Shown here: piece after piece, positions 1 through 7,777 of the stretch
Layout: each line of letters begins with the position of its first letter
Numbering within the stretch: position 1 is the stretch's first letter
From: Chlamydiota bacterium
GTDB taxonomy: Bacteria > Chlamydiota > Chlamydiia > Chlamydiales > SM23-39
NCBI GenBank assembly: GCA_031423235.1
Contig: JANPFC010000148.1
Coordinates: 1 to 58,785, forward strand
DNA: 58,785 nt
Direction: 5' to 3'
Translations under genes and position numbers: made by a program
The notes under the pieces: model-generated
What the model was told of the DNA's origin: nothing
What the model saw: the letters and a program-made list of their open reading frames with translations, nothing else
Databases searched by the model: none

Positions 1-6
1 GGCAAG

Positions 7-136
7 GACGTTTAGAATTTCGGCTGGTAGATCTAGCATCTTAGTTATTGGTACCTCTGGTTTTTTGCCGGCAAGCAAAATTTTAGGTATCTAAGATACT
101 GATCTACCTTTTTTTATGTCAAAAAATCCTAAAGTC
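7..136. repeat. Degenerate intergenic palindrome (possible decayed MITE)
   Basis: ggtagatctagcatcttag (26-44) pairs with ctaagatactgatctacc (91-108); weaker pairs are tacct/aggta (52-56/85-89) and gacgtttagaattt/aaatcctaaagtc (7-20/124-136). Confidence 0.5.
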
Positions 137-139
137 GAG

Positions 140-226
140 ACAGAGACCACCGAGATAAGAATTGAGAGAATAATATATATCTTCTCAGTTCCTATCTCGG
201 TGATCTCTGTGTGCTCGGTGGTGAAA
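140..226. repeat. REP-like hairpin made of 9-nt periodic CAC(A/C)GAG units
   Basis: 28-bp arms 140-167 and 183-210 (25/28 complementary); right side reads ctcggtgat-ctctgtgtg-ctcggtggtgaaa, period 9. Confidence 0.75.
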
Positions 227-232
227 TATGGG

Positions 233-261
233 GCAGCGGGGGGCGTTTCGCCCCCGACTGC
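233..261. terminator. GC-rich hairpin, possible intrinsic terminator just downstream of spoIID
   Basis: gcag-cggggg..cg ttt cgcccccg-a-ctgc stem-loop 7 bp from the spoIID stop; U-tract weak. Confidence 0.4.
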
Positions 262-268
262 TTCTTGA

Positions 269-1450
269 TTACTTTGGAATTGCGTCGAGATTGTAGAGAT
301 AGGTCTCTGGGAAGAATTTAGAGAGGATCTTCACTGCGTTCTCGCCGTTCTGAGCAAGCGCGTTTGCCGAATAGAGGCAAAGTCCCACTCCGTGTCCTTG
401 GCCAAAGCCTGTAAACACAACCGCATCATCCTTGAGCGAGACTGTGAAGTCTGAGCTCTGGAGGTGGGTTGCGCCGAGGCGGCCTTGCAGGGTGAGGAAA
501 TCGAGATCGATGCTCTGCGCGCCGTCTTTCACACGAACTCCATAGACTTTAGAGGATGTCTTATCAACAAAGAGCTCAAAGGCACTGATTTGACTTACGT
601 TGAGAAGATGGGAGAGGGTCTTCTTGCCAATCTGATAGGTCCATTTGCTTTTTTGACGAGAGAGTGCTGCGTGAGGAGCTTCTACCCCTTTCTCTGGAGC
701 AAATGTGTCTTTGCGGAAAATTTGCGAATAGGGTGCTGTTTTTCCTGCGCTGTTCTCTGTCCAGGCTGTCGCAAAGGGGAGGTCTCTGCCATTATCATTA
801 TGGAGAAGGATGAGGTGGCGGGTGCTCTCAACTGCGCGATCGATGGATGAGTTGGAAACTACAAGGGCTGATCCCTGATAGTTGAGCTCAGAGGCGCTGA
901 CATGCCAGTAGCTGTTCGGGTTCGCACGGGTCGCATGGTAGTAGGCGTCGGTGCGGGCAAGTATGGCAAGCGCTGACATCACTTCTGATTCAAGGGGAGC
1001 GAGGAATTGCGAGGTGAGTTTGGACTTCACAAACGACTCAATATCGATATCGTTCACAATATTGATCGATTCGCCAACGCCGTATATCGCAATGGAACCT
1101 GCATATTGGATCCCGTTGATGAAGATCGATGTTTCCGATGAGCGGGGTTTGATGTAGATCTGGTGGATGCCAGGGAACTCTTCGCCCCATTTAAGTCCAT
1201 TGTCCAGGGCGTGGATCATGAATCTCTTGCCGAGCAGACCGGAGGAGACTCGCGATCCGTCGTGAGGATTGAATATATAGTAGGGCCCTTTCACTTCGAG
1301 TAGGACGCCTTCAGCATCCTTTTCGATGAGAATTTGAATGTTGCGGGGCGCCATCGGTTCGGCTATCCGCTCATAAGAGGTATAATCATCAGCTTGAACG
1401 GTAGATAAAGCGCTGCAGAGAATGGCTGCGGCAAAAAGGGAAGTTTTCAT
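269..1450 (-). CDS. spoIID: SpoIID/LytB-domain protein (chlamydial peptidoglycan glycan-processing homolog)
   Basis: Signal peptide; VNDIDIESFVK, ALAILART, G.GHGVGLC..A..LA..G.....IL..FFP motifs; adjacent to ruvB as in chlamydiae. Confidence 0.85.
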   Translation of the reverse strand: MKTSLFAAAILCSALSTVQADDYTSYERIAEPMAPRNIQILIEKDAEGVLLEVKGPYYIFNPHDGSRVSSGLLGKRFMIHALDNGLKWGEEFPGIHQIYIKPRSSETSIFINGIQYAGSIAIYGVGESINIVNDIDIESFVKSKLTSQFLAPLESEVMSALAILARTDAYYHATRANPNSYWHVSASELNYQGSALVVSNSSIDRAVESTRHLILLHNDNGRDLPFATAWTENSAGKTAPYSQIFRKDTFAPEKGVEAPHAALSRQKSKWTYQIGKKTLSHLLNVSQISAFELFVDKTSSKVYGVRVKDGAQSIDLDFLTLQGRLGATHLQSSDFTVSLKDDAVVFTGFGQGHGVGLCLYSANALAQNGENAVKILSKFFPETYLYNLDAIPK

Positions 1451-2463
1451 TGCATTGACTCCGGTATTTTTTTTGGCCTTCGGCCAAGATGTTCATAGGC
1501 AGCAGCTGTGGCTTCGCGCCCCCGCGGGGTTCGCTTTATCATCCCTTGCAAAATGAGAAAGGGCTCATACACTTCTTCTATTGTATGAGATTCTTCGCCG
1601 CATGCAGCTGCCAAATTATTGAGGCCTACTGGGCCCCCGTCGTGATGATCAATAATAACACTTAGGATTTTTTTGTCCATTTCATCTAATCCACGCTCAT
1701 CAATTGCTAACATTTCTAGCGCTTTGTGAGCCGTAGTTTGATCAATGTGTTTCACTTTTTGAATCTGTGCAAAGTCGCGTACCCAGCGGAGGAGATTATT
1801 TGCGATTCGAGGTGTGCCGCGTGAACGTTTGGCGATTTCTAATGAGGCGTCTTGAATGAGATTAACACCTAAAAGTCTTCCTGATCTTTCGACGATTTGT
1901 TTCAGTGTGGCTGGATCGTAGTAGTCCAGACGGAGTGAGATGAGGAAGCGGGAACGCATCGGTGCGCTGAGAAGTCCTGACCGAGTTGTGGCGCCGACGA
2001 GCGTAAATGGATTGAGTTTGACTTGCACCGTGCGGGCGTTGGGGCCTGAGTCGATCATGAGATCAAGCGAAAAATCTTCCATTGCCGAGTAGAGATATTC
2101 TTCAGCAGATCTAGGCATGCGGTGGATCTCATCTATAAAGAGGACATCGCCGAGTTTTAAGTTTGTGAGTATGCCTGCAAGATCGCCTGGTTTTTCAATG
2201 GATGGACCCGATGTGACGCTGAGCTGAGTTCCCATCGATTTTGCCATAATATGGGCAAGCGTTGTTTTGCCAAGTCCAGGAGGACCGGAAAAGAGGCAGT
2301 GGCCGAGCGCTTCTTTGCGGCTCTTTGCAGCTTCGATGAAAATTTCAAGGCGTGCAAGGACCGCTTCTTGGCCAATAAACTCGCTGAGTTGCTGCGGCCT
2401 CAAGGGGCTTTCAAATGGTGCGTCGGGCTTGGCCCAAGAGGACTCGATAAAAGCTTCGCTCAT
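1447..2463 (-). CDS. ruvB: Holliday junction helicase RuvB
   Basis: LRP..L.EFIGQ, GPPGLGKTTLA, FIDEIHR, RGTPRIAN, RTPRGR. Confidence 0.98.
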   Translation of the reverse strand: MSEAFIESSWAKPDAPFESPLRPQQLSEFIGQEAVLARLEIFIEAAKSRKEALGHCLFSGPPGLGKTTLAHIMAKSMGTQLSVTSGPSIEKPGDLAGILTNLKLGDVLFIDEIHRMPRSAEEYLYSAMEDFSLDLMIDSGPNARTVQVKLNPFTLVGATTRSGLLSAPMRSRFLISLRLDYYDPATLKQIVERSGRLLGVNLIQDASLEIAKRSRGTPRIANNLLRWVRDFAQIQKVKHIDQTTAHKALEMLAIDERGLDEMDKKILSVIIDHHDGGPVGLNNLAAACGEESHTIEEVYEPFLILQGMIKRTPRGREATAAAYEHLGRRPKKIPESMQ

Positions 2464-2537
2464 ATATCAGAAAACTGTAGCAAGAAAACCATTTGAAAAG
2501 CTATACATTACAAAGGCCCCCCACAACAATTGGTATT

Positions 2538-3104
2538 ATGTCACTACGTTCAGACAAATGGATCCGCCGCATGGCGATCGAACAAAAAATGATAGAACCT
2601 TTCGCCGACCGTCAAGTACGCGAAGAGAAAGGGGAGCGATTGGTCAGTTTTGGCCTTTCGAGCTACGGATATGACCTCAGAGTTGCCGAAGAATTTAAAG
2701 TCTTCACCAACGTCCACAACACAATCGTCGATCCGAAAAATTTCAACGACAATGCCTTTGTCGATATCCGTGGAAAGACTTGCATTATCCCTCCGAACTC
2801 TTTTGCTTTGGCAAGAAGCGTCGAGTATTTCCGTATCCCGCGTAATATCTTAACCTTGTGCATCGGAAAATCAACTTATGCCAGATGTGGTATCATCGTG
2901 AACGTCACCCCCTTCGAACCTGAATGGGAGGGTTATGTTACCCTTGAAATCTCAAATACAACTCCTTTGCCTGCAAAAATTTATGCAGGGGAAGGGCTGG
3001 CGCAGGTTCTCTTTTTCATGGCAGAAGAGGTTTGTGAAGTTTCCTACGCAGATAGGAAGGGGAAATATATGAAGCAGATGGAAATCACCTACCCGTGTAT
3101 TTAA
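2538..3104 (+). CDS. dcd: dCTP deaminase
   Basis: [35 protein letters not shown]; start taken at MSLRSDKW. Confidence 0.97.
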   Translation: MSLRSDKWIRRMAIEQKMIEPFADRQVREEKGERLVSFGLSSYGYDLRVAEEFKVFTNVHNTIVDPKNFNDNAFVDIRGKTCIIPPNSFALARSVEYFRIPRNILTLCIGKSTYARCGIIVNVTPFEPEWEGYVTLEISNTTPLPAKIYAGEGLAQVLFFMAEEVCEVSYADRKGKYMKQMEITYPCI

Positions 3105-3115
3105 GAACCTGATAT

Positions 3116-3412
3116 ATGGATAAGAGGGAGTTCAGTATGTCCGTTTGGAGCCGTAGCTGGTGGGTCGTGGTCTTTTGCCTGATTACAGGGCTCGCCCATT
3201 TTCATTTTATCAAGGAAAAAAAGAACGCGATTTCTCTATTGGGGAGTCGGCTTGAGCAGATGGAAATGGAAAAGCTAAAGGCTCTTGAAAGACGGGAGGA
3301 TCTCGAACTCCGGATTGCGTCTCAGAATGACCCTGCCTGGATCGAAATGGTTTTAGTCCGCGATTTAGGGGTTGTGCCAGAAGGGTTCCTCAAAGTACAC
3401 TTTAAAAAATGA
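3116..3412 (+). CDS. FtsB/DivIC-like septum formation initiator protein
   Basis: Single N-terminal TM, coiled coil, DPAWIEMVLVRDLGVVPEG resembling the FtsB C-terminal motif. Confidence 0.65.
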   Translation: MDKREFSMSVWSRSWWVVVFCLITGLAHFHFIKEKKNAISLLGSRLEQMEMEKLKALERREDLELRIASQNDPAWIEMVLVRDLGVVPEGFLKVHFKK

Positions 3413-4632
3413 TTTTCTTTCTCGTTCTCCTTATCGTCCTTTCGGCCTTTCTATCAGGTTCCGAAACGGCTCTCTTCTCCATTTCGCCGCTGACGGTCAA
3501 ATCATACCGAAATACGACCTCTCCGCGGCTCAATTTAATCGGCTATCTCATGGAACGGCCGAGAGAAGTTCTCGTTACGATCATGATTCTGAATATTTTA
3601 GCTAACGTGCTGATTCAGAATACGGTATCTACGATCTTCGACGCTTACGAGAGCTGGGGGTTGAAAATCGGAGTTCCTCTCGCGTTGACACTCATTTTTG
3701 GCGAGGTTTTGCCTAAGTCGCTTGCCCTTCCGAATCATAACGCGGTCGCTTACTGGACGGCGCCTTATATACGCTTTGCGGCGAGTATGCTCCGTCCGAT
3801 TCGGGGCCCGCTTACGAAAATGACCAGCATTATTTCCCGTTTTCTTTTTTTCTTTTTGCGCGAAGAAAAGGAGATCTCTGCCGATGAACTGAGGCACGTT
3901 TTAAAAACCTCTGAAGAGAGGGGCATTCTGATGCCGATCGAGTCTGAACTAATTGGGGGGACTCTTGATCTGCAGCATTCTCATGTTAAAGAGCATATGC
4001 GTCCTCGGGAAGAGATCCTATCCTATGATGTCCAAGAGCCCCTTTCTCAGCTTTTGCATCTTTTTATCGAGAAGGAAATTACGCGGATCCCTATTTGCGA
4101 TGGGGATTTGGAAAATTTGAAGGGGATTTTGACGGCGCGCCAATTTTTCTTTCAGCAAAACCAGATCAAAAGCGGCAAGGATCTCCTCTCTATTTTGAAG
4201 AAGCCCTACTATGTTCCTGAGTCGACCCGCGCATGGACCGCTTTACGCAATTTACGCGAAAGGGGCGTCAGCCTTGCAATGGTAGTCGATGAATATGGGT
4301 CTATTTCAGGGCTGATCACGCAGGAAGATCTAGCTGAGGCTGTGATCGGAGAGATTGTCGATGCTAGAGATACAAAAAGCTTGTACACCCGCTCTAGCGA
4401 GGATGTGATTATCGCAAGCGGCCGGATGGAGCTTGGGGAATTTGAGGAGCTCTTTGGAATTGCCCTCAAGTCGAAAGAAAATATTGTGACCTTAGGCGGC
4501 TGGCTGATTGAGCAATTGGGAGATATCCCAACTACTGGCACAAAGTACGCGACTGATGAATTCCTATTCTATGTCCTTGCTGCCGAACCGAATCGGATCC
4601 GCAGGATCTATGTGCGGAGGCTTAAGAAATGA
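3409..4632 (+). CDS. CNNM/DUF21-CBS-CorC hemolysin-family membrane protein
   Basis: SAFLSGSETALFS, FGEVLPKSLA, VVDEYGSISGLITQED, C-terminal TLGGWL CorC domain. Confidence 0.93.
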   Translation: MIFFLVLLIVLSAFLSGSETALFSISPLTVKSYRNTTSPRLNLIGYLMERPREVLVTIMILNILANVLIQNTVSTIFDAYESWGLKIGVPLALTLIFGEVLPKSLALPNHNAVAYWTAPYIRFAASMLRPIRGPLTKMTSIISRFLFFFLREEKEISADELRHVLKTSEERGILMPIESELIGGTLDLQHSHVKEHMRPREEILSYDVQEPLSQLLHLFIEKEITRIPICDGDLENLKGILTARQFFFQQNQIKSGKDLLSILKKPYYVPESTRAWTALRNLRERGVSLAMVVDEYGSISGLITQEDLAEAVIGEIVDARDTKSLYTRSSEDVIIASGRMELGEFEELFGIALKSKENIVTLGGWLIEQLGDIPTTGTKYATDEFLFYVLAAEPNRIRRIYVRRLKK

Positions 4633-5834
4633 GCAGCAAATACCTTTTGTTAACGCTCCTTGCAGTATCCATACAGGCTTTATTTGCTTTCTTTGAGATG
4701 GCATGCGTCTCATTCAATAAGGTGCGGCTCCAATATTACGTAAGCATCGGGACAAGACGGGCAATATGGCTCAATTACCTCTTAAAGAGCCCATCGCGCC
4801 TTTTTGGAACAACCTTGATCGGCATCACGGCTTCGCTTGTCGTCGGTTCAGAGTGCGCAAGGCATTTTTACGAGTCGATCAACCTTGATCCAGATTGGGC
4901 TTTTGTTACGCAGGTACCCCTTGTTGTAGTCTTTGGCGAATTGGCCCCCATGTTTGCTGCGCGGCGCCATCCCGAGCAATCGGCGATGTTTTGCGTTCCG
5001 CTCATGATTCTCCTCGCTCGGATTCTTACCCCAATTACTTGGACGTTCGATGCGATTTCAAGCCTCATTCACAAAATGATGGGCAAAGAAAATGAAGTCC
5101 CCCTATTTCTGACCCGAGAAGAGGTCCGAATGGCGTTTGAAGAACAGGATGTTGGCACTGACGAATTCAATGCAGCGGTCAGTCAGATCTTTCAACTAAA
5201 GAATCTGACAGCTGGCCAGTTGATGATCCCCCTATCAAAAGTACAGATGGTCCCCTCAAGCGCTACTTTAGCCGAGGTGCGCCACGTCCTAAGCGTCCAT
5301 TACGCCCCAATGATTCCTATTTACCACCGCCATAGCCACAATATTGTCGCAATCGCCACATTGCGGGATCTTCTCCGGATGGATGAGAATAAGAAGGTGA
5401 TCGATTTGGCCCGCTCTCCATGGTTTGTTACGATGGGTACCTCTATCCTGCAGCTTCTGCAGCAGTTTAGACGGAATAATCAGAGTACGGCTGTGATCCT
5501 TGAGCCCTCGGGACAGGCGGCAGGCATTTTGACCCTCGATCAGATTCTGTCCCAAATTTTCGGCGAGGAATCCCAAACAGCTGTCATGGAAGAGAGTTCC
5601 CATTATATTGAGAGAACTCTTTCCGGCGATATGAGTGTTTCTGAGTTCAATAAACAGTTCCAAGCCCAGCTTCCAGAAGGGAAGGGGGATACTTTAAATG
5701 ATCTCATTCTTTCGGAATTGGATCATTTACCCGTAAAGGATGAATCTGTCAGAATTGGCGATCTCGAGTTCACAATCGATGAACCAACGCTTCGCGGTAT
5801 CAAAACACTTTCGGTTCGCTCAATTCAAGAATAA
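4629..5834 (+). CDS. Second CNNM/DUF21-CBS-CorC family protein (tandem paralog)
   Basis: FAFFEMACVSFNK, FGELAPM, CBS pair, CorC-like tail; ATGA overlap with the previous gene. Confidence 0.9.
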   Translation: MSSKYLLLTLLAVSIQALFAFFEMACVSFNKVRLQYYVSIGTRRAIWLNYLLKSPSRLFGTTLIGITASLVVGSECARHFYESINLDPDWAFVTQVPLVVVFGELAPMFAARRHPEQSAMFCVPLMILLARILTPITWTFDAISSLIHKMMGKENEVPLFLTREEVRMAFEEQDVGTDEFNAAVSQIFQLKNLTAGQLMIPLSKVQMVPSSATLAEVRHVLSVHYAPMIPIYHRHSHNIVAIATLRDLLRMDENKKVIDLARSPWFVTMGTSILQLLQQFRRNNQSTAVILEPSGQAAGILTLDQILSQIFGEESQTAVMEESSHYIERTLSGDMSVSEFNKQFQAQLPEGKGDTLNDLILSELDHLPVKDESVRIGDLEFTIDEPTLRGIKTLSVRSIQE

Positions 5835-5911
5835 ATTTATTTTCCTGACGGTACGCCAATTGTAAATAATGAGCGCTTGGGTTAATCTACTCTTCCCACA
5901 TTGGATGGCTA

Positions 5912-6559
5912 ATGGCTGTAGCAACACTTCCCCGTAAACGCTCTGCCTCTCGAAAAAAATCGTTCGCCGTTCGTAAAGAAACAGCGCTTGCCTATATAAA
6001 CTGTATCGAAAGCACCTGGAAAGGGCACGAGCAGTTTGCTTTTTGGCTTATCAAGCGTCTCCATCCAAAAACAGTTGTCGATTTGGGTTTCGATAGAGGG
6101 CTTTCGACCATTGCATTCGCCTATCAAAACAGAGGCCATGTATTTGGAATTGATTGGTTCGATGAGGCAAACTACGCGACAAAATGCTTTGCGCTAGACT
6201 CTGCCTTTAGGAATATTTCCAACGCGATTCGGTTTCACTATGCAAAGAATATCCATCTTATTGTGGGGCCATTTAAAGAAATCGCAAAAACATGGAGCCG
6301 GAAGATCGATATTCTCCATATTGACTGGACCCATACCTATCACGCAACAAAGCAGCACTATGATAACTGGTGCCGGTACCTCACTCCAGATGGGGTGGTC
6401 TTGATTCATGATGTGACGGCCTATCCGACAGAAACGGGGAGGTTTTTCAATGAATTACCGATGCACAAGGTTATTTTCCCTCATGCCCATGGATTAGGTG
6501 TAGCTTCAAATAATGAAAAACTAATTGCTGAAATCCAAACGTTGTTCTTAACTAGCTAG
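5912..6559 (+). CDS. Class I SAM-dependent methyltransferase (Methyltransf_24-like) with basic N-terminal tail
   Basis: VVDLGFDRGLST, FGIDWF, IDILHIDWTHTY, GVVLIHD. Confidence 0.8.
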   Translation: MAVATLPRKRSASRKKSFAVRKETALAYINCIESTWKGHEQFAFWLIKRLHPKTVVDLGFDRGLSTIAFAYQNRGHVFGIDWFDEANYATKCFALDSAFRNISNAIRFHYAKNIHLIVGPFKEIAKTWSRKIDILHIDWTHTYHATKQHYDNWCRYLTPDGVVLIHDVTAYPTETGRFFNELPMHKVIFPHAHGLGVASNNEKLIAEIQTLFLTS

Positions 6560-7717
6560 TTTGAAAAGGGTTCCGAAGTCTAGGATGGAAAGGGCCGTCA
6601 CTCCGATAATTGCATGGGAAACGGTTACTCCAAAAAGCGATTTTTGCTGATCAAATAAAATTCCCCAATAGATTCCAAAAGCAAAGCTAACGATAGCTAA
6701 CCAGAACCCTTTTATTGTATGCATCATTTGAAACATAAGGTTTGAAGTTAGGATCGCCATGAACCCCCGGTTTGGCCCTTGGAAAAAATTTTTAAAGCAG
6801 CTTTGTAAGAAACCCCTTGCGATTAGCTCTTGAATGGGTGTAGTCGCAATGTAAATTGCGGCTATTATGATATGAGATTTGTAGTTCTCTTTTAATTCCG
6901 AAATCGGAATGAGGGGGATTCCTTTAAAGAGATCAAATTGATGAATCAATACCCATTTTAAAACAAAAAGAAAGATAATAAATGGAAGGGAATAGATAAC
7001 TCCTTCTACAGAGTACCGAAACCATTTATAAAATGTCAGTCCATAAAACGAGAGGGGATAGCCAGAACTTTTGATAATATACGTTACTGAAGCCGCAAAA
7101 AAGATAACCAAAATCAACGTGAAAATCGGATCGATATATGCCTTCTGCGAGGGGAAGATTTCAATGAGTTTTGCGATGTTAAACCAGATCGCCGCAATAA
7201 TAAACATGTGAACGATTGTTTTGCTGATTTGATTAAAGGATTGGAGTAATCTCATCTTCTCTTGTAATGAGACAATTAGTCTATCGCCTGTTTTTCGCAG
7301 ATGCTGACTCACCTTTTTTCCAATCTGCAGCATCAGTTTTGAATACAGATTTAATAGGGTTCGGTCTTTTTCGAATGCGTCGAGATCGATGGCTATGATT
7401 TCAGTAGTCTCTGTGGCTCGTACAGAGGCAGATCTTTTCTCGCTTTCAATGTGCGCCATTTCTCCAAAATAATCGCCAGCTTGAAGAATGCCAAGTTCCT
7501 GATATTGTCCGAATTCTTTTTCCTCTTTAAGAACTTCTGCAAAACCGGTCTTTATGATGAATAATTCGCGGCCAATGTCACCTTCTTGGAAAATCCAAGT
7601 CCCTTTTTGAAATGTGAGGGTTTTGATGAAAGGCAGTATCTTTTTTAGTTCATCAACAGAGAATTGGCTAAAGAGCTTATTCTCTCGCAAAAAAGGGATC
7701 AGATTTTCTAAACTCAT
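6548..7717 (-). CDS. Cyclic-nucleotide-binding domain fused to a CPBP (Abi/CAAX) intramembrane domain
   Basis: IFQEGD..LFII..G, GDYFGEMA..RSASVRA cNMP cassette; multi-TM C-terminus with QELIARG, FQMMH and SHAI motifs. Confidence 0.85.
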   Translation of the reverse strand: MSLENLIPFLRENKLFSQFSVDELKKILPFIKTLTFQKGTWIFQEGDIGRELFIIKTGFAEVLKEEKEFGQYQELGILQAGDYFGEMAHIESEKRSASVRATETTEIIAIDLDAFEKDRTLLNLYSKLMLQIGKKVSQHLRKTGDRLIVSLQEKMRLLQSFNQISKTIVHMFIIAAIWFNIAKLIEIFPSQKAYIDPIFTLILVIFFAASVTYIIKSSGYPLSFYGLTFYKWFRYSVEGVIYSLPFIIFLFVLKWVLIHQFDLFKGIPLIPISELKENYKSHIIIAAIYIATTPIQELIARGFLQSCFKNFFQGPNRGFMAILTSNLMFQMMHTIKGFWLAIVSFAFGIYWGILFDQQKSLFGVTVSHAIIGVTALSILDFGTLFKLAS

Positions 7718-7777
7718 AAATGTCTATGTACTGAAAAATCGTTTATTTGGCAAATTTTTTAAATTTGGATTTTCCTG

